This document shows, piece after piece, positions 51,771 through 64,000 of a stretch of 64,000 nucleotides of DNA (positions within the stretch are counted from its first letter, which is position 1; each line of letters opens with the position of its first letter). The position numbers and the translations under genes were made by a program. The stretch is from the NCBI RefSeq assembly GCF_001194135.2, contig NC_068987.1:107612504-107676503 (forward strand), in the 5' to 3' direction. Source of the stretch: Octopus bimaculoides. Its lineage: Eukaryota. Below the pieces are notes generated by a model. The model was not told where the DNA came from, made no database searches, and was given only the letters and a program-made list of their open reading frames with translations.

Positions 51771-53421
51771 TATATNNNNNNNNNNNNNNNNNNNNNNNNN
51801 NNNNNNNNNNNNNNNNNNNNNNNNNNNNNNNNNNNNNNNNNNNNNNNNNNNNNNNNNNNNNNNNNNNNNNNNNNNNNNNNNNNNNNNNNNNNNNNNNNNN
51901 NNNNNNNNNNNNNNNNNNNNNNNNNNNNNNNNNNNNNNNNNNNNNNNNNNNNNNNNNNNNNNNNNNNNNNNNNNNNNNNNNNNNNNNNNNNNNNNNNNNN
52001 NNNNNNNNNNNNNNNNNNNNNNNNNNNNNNNNNNNNNNNNNNNNNNNNNNNNNNNNNNNNNNNNNNNNNNNNNNNNNNNNNNNNNNNNNNNNNNNNNNNN
52101 NNNNNNNNNNNNNNNNNNNNNNNNNNNNNNNNNNNNNNNNNNNNNNNNNNNNNNNNNNNNNNNNNNNNNNNNNNNNNNNNNNNNNNNNNNNNNNNNNNNN
52201 NNNNNNNNNNNNNNNNNNNNNNNNNNNNNNNNNNNNNNNNNNNNNNNNNNNNNNNNNNNNNNNNNNNNNNNNNNNNNNNNNNNNNNNNNNNNNNNNNNNN
52301 NNNNNNNNNNNNNNNNNNNNNNNNNNNNNNNNNNNNNNNNNNNNNNNNNNNNNNNNNNNNNNNNNNNNNNNNNNNNNNNNNNNNNNNNNNNNNNNNNNNN
52401 NNNNNNNNNNNNNNNNNNNNNNNNNNNNNNNNNNNNNNNNNNNNNNNNNNNNNNNNNNNNNNNNNNNNNNNNNNNNNNNNNNNNNNNNNNNNNNNNNNNN
52501 NNNNNNNNNNNNNNNNNNNNNNNNNNNNNNNNNNNNNNNNNNNNNNNNNNNNNNNNNNNNNNNNNNNNNNNNNNNNNNNNNNNNNNNNNNNNNNNNNNTA
52601 TATATATATACCCACGTATCTGTCTCTCTGTCTCTTCAACTTTCTATCTATCTATCTATCGTATTTCTTACAATTATGCATACATACAAATAACACACGT
52701 AACTACATCTGTGTATGTAGTCAAACCGACATATCTGTCAATTTCACTTTAGAAACAGATTCATTCAGTACAGGGATTTACGCATATGTTTAAATTCATA
52801 TATGAAAAAAATGTGTAAATATGTATTTGTGTTATAGACGCACAGATGCACACACGTTTGTGTGTTTGACATTACAATGAGATAGCAACGAAAAACATTG
52901 ACCTACAACGGACATGTATCTACATATGTTGGTCGCGCTGTTGTTGTCAGTATTGTTCTTAGTAAGCTATACGAAGTGGGACATAGTACCAAATGTTCTT
53001 GTTTTTTTTTTTTTTTACTTTGTTCATACATTTTAAGTATAACTACAGGAATATGCTTCAATGTACTCTTACCTATTTTAACGTCGATAACTTTGAAGAT
53101 GAATGTTTTGAATTTAGCAGCAGGCATTGTCCTACACTGATGAATAGAAATGGAGTGTGCTGACTGAAATTGTACCATATCCTGCATAGATATATTTCAT
53201 AGAAGGGCGACCAAAATTTGAGGGAGTGAATGACGGATAAAATTGCCTCCCCACTAATTATCTCATTTTTACTTTCTTCACTAAACACAGAATTATCTTC
53301 AATAGGATTTGAATCTAAGGGGGATGCAGAATTTGACAATAAATCTGAAAGATTTTCAATAAAACACGTCTGGGACATACATGGCATATATATATACATA
53401 TATATATATATATTTAGAGAA

Positions 53422-53481
<60 letters not shown>

Positions 53482-54054
53482 NNNNNNNNNNNNNNNNNNN
53501 NNNNNNNNNNNNNNNNNNNNNNNNNNNNNNNNNNNNNNNNNNNNNNNNNNNNNNNNNNNNNNNNNNNNNNNNNNNNNNNNNNNNNNNNNNNNNNNNNNNN
53601 NNNNNNNNNNNNNNNNNNNNNNNNNNNNNNNNNNNNNNNNNNNNNNNNNNNNNNNNNNNNNNNNNNNNNNNNNNNNNNNNNNNNNNNNNNNNNNNNNNNN
53701 NNNNNNNNNNNNNNNNNNNNNNNNNNNNNNNNNNNNNNNNNNNNNNNNNNNNNNNNATATATATATATATATATATACAGATGAATAAATTTGACATACT
53801 TGACCATAGATAAAGAAAAGCGAGATCTTACTCTGCGTGAAAAGAGGAATAAGAGTTTCAGACAGAATTTAAGACGCGTCATGTTGCTTTGGTTATTGCT
53901 AAAGGTAGCTTATGTATAAAAGGGGGCTTTTATTTCTTTTAATAACCATTTAATATATGAAGATTTAATATGCGAGTTTTTAAACGGGACACTGTATCAC
54001 TTCAATTTCAGCAGCATTCTGTTCATGGCACATCAGTATTACAATAGTGACAAA

Positions 54055-54490
54055 GGCGGGGAGCTGGGAGAAACGTTACAACTCCTGGTAAATTGCTTAG
54101 CGGCATATCGTCCGTCTTTATTATCTGTGCTTAAATTCCACCGAGATCGAATTTGCATCTCGGAATCGATAAAATAAGAGGCAGTTGATCACCGGGGTCG
54201 ATATAATCGACTTACTCTGTCCTCCGAAGTTTTTGGCCTTACGCCAAAACTTGAAACCCATGTTATGGAAGTTACTAAACCCAGCGAGCTGGCAAACTCG
54301 TTGGCGCGCCGGGAAAGGTGCTTTGCGTCATTTCGTCCGTCTACACGTTCTGAGTCCAAATTGCGCCGACGTTTATATTGCCTTTCATTTTTCGGTCTCG
54401 ATACAAATAGTAACATTTTCGGGGCTGGATGTAATCGACTTACTCCGTACTCCGGAATGCTGGCCTTGTGCCAAAGTTTGAAACCAATAT
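54055..54490 (+). mobile_element. Two tandem diverged SINE family 1 copies
   Basis: Heads at about 54055 (GGCGGGAGCTGGGAGAAACGTTA) and about 54285 (GAGCTGGCAAACTCGTTGGCGCGCCGGG). Confidence 0.82.
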
Positions 54491-55535
54491 CGTGGAAGGT
54501 ATAAAATAGTATATACAAAGTACATTACTGTACTGTCATCCAATATTGGTTAGTGAATGTACATTTTCTCAGGGTTGTAAAAGGAATCCGTCTATACACA
54601 GGCCTTGGAACGAACCTATTTCAAATATATTGTCGTATTTATTTGCATCTCGCTATATTCTGAGTTCAATTCTTGATGATTCTAAGAGTTCGCACTTAGT
54701 AATCACAAATCAATAAAGATAAATATGTGTATTATCAGAATATTATTCTGTGCGAACAACATACGCTATACAAATAGATTTCTTTCAACGCTGTTTGTTG
54801 TGTTTTGCTAAAGTAAAAGAGCATCTATAGAGTGAATTATAAATTATATATCGAATTATAAAGAAATCTATTTATCGAATCATATAAATACTGGTTATCT
54901 AAACGTATAAATCAAAGAGTAGCTGTGTATTGTGGATGCCATTTGCACACGTGTGATTGCAGTTTGATGTGACAGCGCGTAGGTCATTATTTTCCGGAGA
55001 AGAAAGAGAGGTGAGATATCAGAACCCTGATGTACACTACATCACTACGCCCTAGTTATATACATTAAGGACTCTTGTTGTTTGTTGTTGTCGTTATTAA
55101 TGTTGTCACTGTTGTTATTATTGTTAATATTATTGTTGCAGTCGTCACTGTTGTTTATTCCTTCTATGATCAAAGACGTTCGAGTAGTTATAATCCCAAC
55201 TATATTTAGATACTGAATCACCAACTACATTATCAAACGTATGAGTGTGGTTGGATGAAGACATGACTGCTATTTCTAGTTGTTTGGCCGGTCGGGTTTA
55301 GGTTATCTTGCTAACTTGTAAGTGTCTTTGATATAGAATGATTACTGTTCAACAATGGAACATGCTACATTCGAACAACCTGAAGGAAACGTTTCAATCT
55401 ATAATACACGCAACGTCTCCAATATAGACACATCTACCGAGGTTTTGTCATTCGTGTTAGACAATGCATAAAGCATGTTTGATATGACAAGCATCAAAAT
55501 ACTTTCTTTCTTTTGCTTTCTGTCTTTCGAAGGAT

Positions 55536-55828
55536 TTTGCTCATGACAGCGTCCCTGTAAGTTGTTTAACGCATGACAAGTCTTTCGGCCACCGTTTTCC
55601 CCACGGAAGCACATTGTTCCTTCGTTTCAGCCATCGCAAAATTCGACAAACAGTGGAGAGGCGCTGCAGACGAAAGATGCACCACGCGGAAGTACGATAG
55701 CTACTATCGACGCCGGTCGGCAGTGTGACGCCTGAAGGTTGCATCAAGTGACTTCTAGCGGCGAAGCCTAAACTACTATGAGATTGTCTCACAGAGAACT
55801 TATTCGGTTACTTTTGGTTACACTCGTA
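55536..55828 (-). mobile_element. Mariner transposon left end with a transposase N-terminal remnant
   Basis: TACGAGTGTAACCAAAAGTAACCG terminus at 55828; ATG at 55634 gives MAETKEQCAS--VGKTVAERLVMR*TTYRDAVMSK, resembling mariner MA..KEQR...GKTA.ET..ML..AY.D.AMSK. Confidence 0.7.
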
Positions 55829-56476
55829 TATGTATATANNNNNNNNNNNNNNNNNNNNNNNNNNNNNNNNNNNNNNNNNNNNNNNNNNNNNNNNNNNNNN
55901 NNNNNNNNNNNNNNNNNNNNNNNNNNNNNNNNNNNNNNNNNNNNNNNNNNNNNNNNNNNNNNNNNNNNNNNNNNNNNNNNNNNNNNNNNNNNNNNNNNNN
56001 NNNNNNNNNNNNNNNNNNNNNNNNNNNNNNNNNNNNNNNNNNNNNNNNNNNNNNNNNNNNNNNNNNNNNNNNNNNNNNNNNNNNNNNNNNNNNNNNNNNN
56101 NNNNNNNNNNNNNNNNNNNNNNNNNNNNNNNNNNNNNNNNNNNNNNNNNNNNNNNNNNNNNNNNNNNNNNNNNNNNNNNNNNNNNNNNNNNNNNNNNNNN
56201 NNNNNNNNNNNNNNNNNNNNNNNNNNNNNNNNNNNNNNNNNNNNNNNNNNNNNNNNNNNNNNNNNNNNNNNNNNNNNNNNNNNNNNNNNNNNNNNNNNNN
56301 NNNNNNNNNNNNNNNNNNNNNNNNNNNNNNNNNNNNNNNNNNNNNNNNNNNNNNNNNNNNNNNNNNNNNNNNNNNNNNNNNNNNNNNNNNNNNNNNNNNN
56401 NNNNNNNNNNNNNNNNNNNNNNNNNNNNNNNNNNNNNNNNNNNNNNNNNNNNNNNNNNNNNNNNNNNNNNNNNNNN

Positions 56477-56579
56477 CTGTGGAGTGCACAGCCACTTGCA
56501 CGTTAATTTCACAAGCAGGCTGTTCCATTGATCGGATCAACTGGAACCTTCGACGTCGTAAGCGACGGAGTGCCAACAC

Positions 56580-56580
<1 letters not shown>
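56477..56580 (+). mobile_element. Probable SINE 3' tail (family 3) ending in (CA)n
   Basis: CTGTGGAGTGCACAGCCACTTGCACGTTAATTTCAC...CGACGGAGTGCCAACACA; family assignment is from memory and the head would lie in the gap. Confidence 0.55.
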
Positions 56581-56621
<41 letters not shown>

Positions 56622-57708
56622 GTCTGCTGTTTCTGTTACATAAAATGATCATTATTTCCATGGAAAGAATTTAACTAATCTGTATCGTGTTTAAATGCCA
56701 TATGCAGCTATTAAGATATAATTGTTTACTCCCTACCGAACAAGATACCATGAAAAATGCATGGATAAAGGCAGCGTGCTAGACTGATAACGAAAACAAC
56801 ACATATATCTTTTTATTGTAAGACATAAGCTTCAGCCTTTCGGGATCATAAACAGAAAAAAATTTAATAATCTTCAGCCACACGAAGTAGGTTTAAATAC
56901 ATCGTGAATTTGTTGAAGGATCCGATATTACGTGACTTACAATTGATTCAGTGTTTTTGTTTTTTTGTCTCTTACGGACACAAAAGCTACTTCAAAGTAG
57001 ATTGTAAAGCAAAACAATTTTGAATATATTTCTCAGCGTTTAACAATATATTCAAAATGGGTTGTCAACAAAATGATATCACATTCTCCCGAATTGTGTG
57101 AATAGCGAATTATATATAATTCCGTATATCATAACAAAACACATTGAATTAAACACAAGGACAGGGCAACAAATACACATACAAACAGTAGACATATATG
57201 TATTTAGACTCAAAACACACACACACACACAATCATATATACATATGTGTATCATGCATTTCAAAAAGTATAAATGTACAGTATATAAATTACCCACGTT
57301 ATTGACAATGTTCAAATACCAATAAATAAATAAATAGATAAATAAAGGAACATGAAGACGTAGTTCATGTTTTCTTTAAGACAAATGAAACAACAATACA
57401 AGAAGTTGAATATACATGTTATGGTATTTCAGATTAAATATCTTTAAAATAGTCCATATCACGCGGTTCCCTGCCATATTACATAACCAGTAAATCACCA
57501 TGTCGTGAGTTCATATGTCTCTGTAACCCATCACATCGTCAGATATGAATGATTGCAAAAATAATAACTCGTCTCTGATTATATGTTTATCTGCAAGATA
57601 AAGCAGAAAAGAATGTTACAATTTGTAGCTTTACTGTGGGTGTTGTTATGTACTCATGTCTTTTACATAATTATGCCTACTATATGTATGTATATACACA
57701 CTTATATT

Positions 57709-57765
<57 letters not shown>

Positions 57766-59289
57766 ATATATATATATATGGATATATATGTATGTACATA
57801 TATATATATGTATATATATACATGAACATATATATATATATACATGCGTATATCTATATGTACATATATATACACACATATGTTTAATGTGCACATACAC
57901 ACACATACACACACATATACATGTATGCACGTGTTTATACATGTATATATAATTATGGATGTATACATGCGTGTGCACGTAAGTATGTGTGTGTCTGAGT
58001 GCTTGTTTGTGTGTGAGTGTGTGTATGTGTGCGTATAGATACTTATTCGTAATAGACATACATCACTATAGAACATCGTAAGCTAATGATTTATATCTCA
58101 TTGCCTGCTTTTGAAGCAACAACAGAATTTATAAAACAGAAAAATCACAAGAAAAACAAACCACACTAAACAAAATTATCAGGAAACGACCATAACAAAT
58201 ACAATAACAACAAGAGCAATAACAAAATATTATTTCATTGTCAAATTCCATCATCTTCAAACACCACCACCACCACCTCCAGAACAACAACAACAATAAC
58301 AAGATATACATTGAATTTTGGTATTCTATCTCAGTTAATAAAGAGTTACTTTCATGTTGTGCCAATCCATTCACCACCTCGCCCATTCTTTCCCATTTAC
58401 CTCTCATTCATTACCTCCCCTTTCTATAATGTATTCCACTATTCCTCTTCCTCTAACGTTCTGTCTAACGGATAACTCTCTCAAATAGCTACACATCTAA
58501 AGCAAGTACGACAGGCTTCTTACTAACTGTGGCATTCAAAGCAAATTTTGCCGTCTCCTCCTTCTCGACATTTGGGAAATGTAGAAGCAAAATGATAAAT
58601 AATAAATTCGTAAATAAAAGAAATAAAGATAAAAAATGATTATTTAAGTAACAGAAAATCACCAAGACAAAAAAGAATCGTCGTCTCCTACCTATTTCTT
58701 GAAATCTTATATGATTTCTGACCTTGCCACACTCTCTTTTGACTATCTCTCAGTCTCTCTCTGTCTGACATTCTACTTGTTAGTCTGTCTGTCTGTTTGC
58801 CTGTTTGTCTGTCTGCCTCTCTCCCCCATCTCTCTCCCTCTCTTTCCTTCTCTTTCTCATCCTCCTTCTCTCCCGATATTCATACACACAGAGACATATG
58901 TATACATGGATATACACTCATTTATATATACGTGTATGTGTGCGTGCGTATATGTGTGTGTGTGTGTTAGTGTGTGTGTATGTGTGTGTCTTTCTGCATG
59001 TGTCTATGTAACGGTGTGGCTTTTTATCCGTATATCAATTTTCCGCCATCTGGTGTTTTCAATCTGTCTCATAATATACATAAAATTTTATGTATCAGAA
59101 TGCGTGTTTCTATTTATGTATTGTTTGTCTATATTTGTGTGTATATATATGTGTGTATATATATATATGTGTGTGTGTGTGTATANNNNNNNNNNNNNNN
59201 NNNNNNNNNNNNNNNNNNNNNNNNNNNNNNNNNNNNNNNNNNNNNNNNNNNNNNNNNNNNNNNNNNNNNNNNNNNNNNNNNNNNNGTGG

Positions 59290-59440
59290 CAATTGTGGCT
59301 CTGTGGCTAGAATTGAAGTACGCTTCCCGACTACATGCTCACATTTCATTTCCATTACGTGTCAACTCAGGCCAGTGTCGTCTGTAGCCTCGTGCAGGCC
59401 AAAGCATAGTGATTGATCCTGTTAGACAGAAAGTAAAACA
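59290..59440 (+). mobile_element. SINE family 2 head, diverged
   Basis: TGGCTCTGTGGCTAGAA...CTTCCCGACTACATG...CTGTAGCCTCGTGCAGGCCAAAGC. Confidence 0.55.
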
Positions 59441-59540
59441 AACCTGTCTTATACACACACACACACACACACACATACACACACTGATATATATATATAT
59501 ATATATATATACATACACAGACAGATAGATAGATAGATAA

Positions 59541-59607
<67 letters not shown>

Positions 59608-59829
59608 TGAGAGGCTTCTTTCAGTTTCCGCCTGCAAACACCTACGTTGTTCCAGATGAAACAACAGCCGCTATTACGTTGCTCTATTACAGCACCAAAT
59701 AAATGGTAATATCCTGTGACGGAGATCCAATGTTTATTTGTTATTTGAACCGGAGTTCTCCGTGCGAAAACATTGGGAGGTTTTTTCTTTGTGATCACTG
59801 GATTTTATCCCCAGGACCTGACTTGACAA

Positions 59830-60560
59830 TCTAATCAGCCTCGTTTTCACCCCCGTCAAAAGAAGATCAATCGGTCATCCATCTCAAAAAATAACTGATA
59901 TCGACTACGCTGATGATTTAGTGTTGCTCTCTGACACATCAATCTCCACGCAATCACTTCGTAGTATAGAATTAGCTGCACGTGACATTGAGCTGCTTGT
60001 TGATCCTAGTAAAACCAAATTCATCGGTCTCAGTCAGCAAGGATCCGTCATCAATATCCGTGGAGATCCTATCAGTCATGTTGATGATTTCCCTACCTCA
60101 GTCCTGAGATAACCTCAACTGAAATGGATCTAAAATCTCGGACATCTCTAAACAAACCGGATGTTGTTCGGATATCGATCCTCTCAGGCAACCTTAACAG
60201 AAATGTTACTGTATCGCAGTAGAGTAACTTCTTTTATAGGGAGCAGCAACCCAGAAGCTTACCAGAAAACAGGAGTCCTGACACCTGAATGTAAAGAGCA
60301 ACCATGAGCATATCTTGAGAACTCATCACACCAAGAAACAACTATATGGAGATCTTCTGCCTTTTCCCACCTTTATAAGGAAAAGTCGCCTGTGCTCTAC
60401 GGGGCATAGCTTGACGCGCCAAACAAGAGCAGCCAAGTGACTTACTGCTATAGATGTGAAAGCATGGCCGTACTCGAGCAGGTCGTCCAAACACAACGTA
60501 TGTAGTTAACTCCCCAGAGACATTGGATGCCTCTCGAAAGACCACCCTCAACTAATGCAG
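59830..60560 (+). mobile_element. RTE-clade LINE fragment: RT catalytic motif and C-terminus, decayed
   Basis: VFTPVKRRSIGHPSQKITDIDYADDLVLLSD (YADD at 59906-59917) ...VDPSKTKF...ISHVDDF; later KHGRTRAGRPNTTYV; stops and frameshifts. Confidence 0.85.
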
Positions 60561-60791
60561 GACAATGATGGAGGTCGTGTCCGGATTAAAAGTGAGCATA
60601 CTTGACTAAATAACGAGGAAGTTTTGAATTTTCCCGTCGGCCTGCGTGGAAATATTGGCATTGCATTGCAATTTGAAGAATAAGAAAATATGAAAAATAT
60701 ATCGAAAAATTAAATCTTAAACATAATCGTGTAATTAATGAAATATGTATAAACGAAATCCATATATTCGATCATGTGTGTTTCTGTGTGT

Positions 60792-60834
<43 letters not shown>

Positions 60835-61919
60835 TGTGTGTTAGAGTGAGTGAGTGAGTGAGCGAGTGAGTGAGTCAGTCAGTCAGTCAGTCAGTCTGTG
60901 TGTGCAATCCTACGGCGACAAATCTGCTATGTTTCAGGACTTTTGGCCGTTAGAATCTAGAATCATCATAACTGTCTCTTGATTATTTTCATATGCCGAA
61001 CTTCAAATGTACAGGAGGTCTTATGATAGATATAAAGAAACGATAAGGAGTGTAATGAAATTTAGACATGTTGCAAGACTTACGGCCAAGATAAGAAGAA
61101 AGCCAAAATATCTTGGCATCTTAAATTCGAGGCAACAAAATTATAACGTATCTTTCATGAAAAGCGAAACTTGTCGGTTTCGTCATAGTTTCCCGCTATC
61201 GAAGCTTCTTCAGTGTGTCCACTGCTTTAATTTTCACAGCGAAACACTTAATATATCGATTATATATATCTTATTTGACATCTGTCAAACTATTTACATA
61301 TGACCGTGTTTTGTAAGTATATACGTCATAATTTTTCGACTGTAAAACTTGTATCATTGTCTAAAATTATGCATGTAATATATTATATATAATGTATCAC
61401 ATGTATATATAAGGAGTTTTATATGTTTCTTATATAAGAAATAAAATTCGGTAGATAGAAGGCGAGGTGGCAATCTACGAACAGGTTCTAACTGTCGAAG
61501 TCATATCATTTTACACGTCCTGAATTTTCACGGATTGTTTAAAAATATACTCATTAAATGCGTTAAGAACTTACTATATTCGAAGATCTGCCACAGGAAA
61601 AAACTTTGCACGCGTAAAATTATGGTTTCCATTGTCCATTGAACAAGCATAAGCAATATATATTTCTTCTTGGCCTGACCTTGCGAGCGAAGATTTACGG
61701 AGGAGTTATCGAGGTCTTTTGCAAACATACCGAAGAGAGGATCGAAGGGAAGGTAGGATGATCAGAGCGAGTTGCAGTTTTCTTATTTTACCTTTATTCT
61801 TTCAGGCATGCAAGAATGGTCCTACTGATGTTTTCAAAGGAAGGGCTCTACAGTCAGCAGCAAGAACAAAACGCCGGTAGTGCTAAATATTTATAGGGAT
61901 GGGTCGTGTTCGTGTATGG

Positions 61920-61978
<59 letters not shown>

Positions 61979-63414
61979 CGTGTATAAGTAGGGGGATATA
62001 TGTATGTGTATGTAAGCACAAACATGTGTGGTCCGGCTATCAAATTTCATTCAAAGTTGTTTAAGCAAAATATGGTTGTGTATCACATGACGTGTGACGT
62101 CACTGATGATTTGTTGTTTACTCTAAGAAAATACAGCGAAAATTTCAAGCTGTCTTTCCATGTTAAAATTATTTCCTTGTTTGATTCGATAACCATTTCG
62201 GTGTTTATTTCTCAGGAAAAAATAAATTGCAGGTTTTTTTTATTACTATTATTATTCTTAGTGAATGTGGTGGACCTGTTCAATTTATACCATACGTTTT
62301 CAAATTATAGATCTTTACAAAAGTTATCTCAGGAAGGTGATATACCCCAATACAAACAGAAACGTAAAGGATCTCTTTCATTCTGTTACTCAAATAACGT
62401 GTAGCTTTTGCGTGCGTGTTGTGTGTGCGTGTGTATGTGTTTTGTGGTTTTGTGAGTGTCTCCGTGTGTGAGTGTGTCTGTGGATAAGTGTTTCTGTGCG
62501 TATATGTATCTGTGTGCGAGTGTCGTTGTGGTTCAAGCTAATACTAAGTGACAACCGATGTTGGCATGTTCATGTCCCCATACCCTAACGCTTAAAATAT
62601 ACAAGTACTGGAGTGGAATACTACCTACTTGGAGATCCTATCCGCATTGCGCATCGAAAGGCGATATTACGACTACATTACTGCGCAGACAGTCTGAAAC
62701 CTATTTATCAATAGCCTTCGAACAACCATCTGTCAGTTATCAGACAATGAATTCAATTGCTTGAACTTTTCCTTCTCAGGGATCAGGGGTCCATTTAATA
62801 ATGGTTGATCAGATATATTGGCTTAGAGATAAGAATGTTTGGATGTAAATAGAATAGAAAGAAAAAATATATATATATTTTAGAAGTGAAGCAATATATT
62901 GTTATGTTTTCTCCGCCATACAGGATATAACAGCAAAATCTCTCACAAATCAATTAATCTAATATTTCCGAAAAGGAGGTTTGGTTGCAACGTATGTTGA
63001 GATGAAAGTTGCCTGGGATCGTTGCATTAAAAAAGTATGCATGTTTTGCTATAATTTTTGAGTGGATTAATGCTAACCTGGGAAACTTGAAATAAAACCA
63101 ACAACGCTATACATATGATGGCCACAACTTGAAAAAAATGCGGCAGTAATTATTGTAGAAGAAATATTAGCTAAATCTCCCCGAAATCCAACGACAGCTA
63201 CAAAGAATTCAAGAAATACACAACAGATATTTTTTTTTCAAAATGGGATACTCACTGCTGTGAATGTACTTGAACAGAGTTCACCTACAGAAGTACATAC
63301 ATACATACATACATACATACATACATACATACATACATGCATACATACATACATACATACATACAAGCATACATATATACATGCATACGTACATACAGAC
63401 AGTCAAGCAAAGAA

Positions 63415-63520
63415 ACCCTATTGTTGATTTTGAAATTCCACTGAAGGAACCTTGGATCTAGATTAGAAACCGGTTATTTCTCTATTGGCAAGAAATCTTG
63501 AAAAATCTGAATATTGACAT
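63415..63520 (+). repeat. Dispersed repeat homologous to 34497-34600
   Basis: Direct sequence match by eye. Confidence 0.8.
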
Positions 63521-63555
63521 ACATACATACATACATACACAAATACGTATATATG

Positions 63556-63586
<31 letters not shown>

Positions 63587-63591
63587 TTATA

Positions 63592-63790
63592 GTGTCAGGT
63601 CGCTCTTCAGTGCTACTGGTAACATGTAATCCAGTACAGCCTGTTGCATGGTCGGGTCGTCGGCGACTAAACTGGCAACCCCACCAGGCTTGCTTGGTGA
63701 GGAGGGTGTTGTTGGACACCCTGCAGGACGAAAAATAAGACCTGTCAAAGGGCGGATGAACTCCTGAACAGTCAACGACCATCCAACAAA
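63592..63790 (+). repeat. GC-richer structured repeat inserted in (TA)n; possibly a LINE (RTE) 5' UTR fragment
   Basis: Hairpins AGGGTGT/ACACCCT and GTCG/CGAC; homologue at 34004-34068. The LINE assignment is from memory only. Confidence 0.45.
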
Positions 63791-64000
63791 ATGTCTGTAA
63801 ATATGTATATATATATATATATATGTATGGGTGTGTATATGTGTGTGAATGTCTGTAAATATGTATATATGAATAATTTTAATTTTATATATATACTATT
63901 TTTTATCTTTTATATTTTATTTATAGATATATATTTTTTTTTTATTTATTTATTTATTTATTATTATTTTTTTATTTATTTATTTATTTATTTATTTTTC

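Noticed and set aside
61170-61220. Minus-strand CTGAAGA-A-GCT..AGC-GG-GAAAC
   Set aside because: Extra bases before GAAA and no stem I or NUH geometry.
63421-63480. Hammerhead-like look of the repeat at 63415-63520 and 34497-34600 (CTGAAGG...GAA-ACCGGT-T)
   Set aside because: Position 9 is G, there is an extra base before GAAA, stem I is not adjacent to the core, and an alternative TCCAAT/ATTGGA hairpin fits as well. Kept only as a dispersed repeat.
63600-63700. Possible HDV-like or twister ribozyme in the structured repeat
   Set aside because: A GG-P4-CTAA-P2-like segment is present, but there is no TYC.CG L3 loop, P1 is poor, and the twister pseudoknots could not be built.

Overview
An AT-rich, microsatellite-dense animal genomic window with many N gaps. 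The SINE families and repeat style point to an octopus or other coleoid cephalopod; this is an inference from remembered repeat families, not a database result. No intact protein-coding gene is supported: the long ORFs in the track are gap or microsatellite artefacts, and only weak candidate exons were seen. The window is mostly mobile-element debris: about 30 tRNA-derived SINE copies or fragments from three families, RTE-clade LINE fragments (one with a YADD motif), a mariner remnant, a Tc1/mariner MITE, and several Penelope-like element (PLE) pieces including two GIY-YIG endonuclease remnants. The main unexplained signal is a set of about 9-11 minimal type I hammerhead-ribozyme-like motifs from at least five unrelated repeat families. 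They have palindromic or near-palindromic stem III and recurrent core deviations (U4C, A6 to pyrimidine, an extra A after A9), and often sit in fold-back insertions. One PLE family places a tRNA-like Pol III head between the endonuclease stop codon and the hammerhead; two insertions of this family have clear target-site duplications. All alignments and folds were done by eye.
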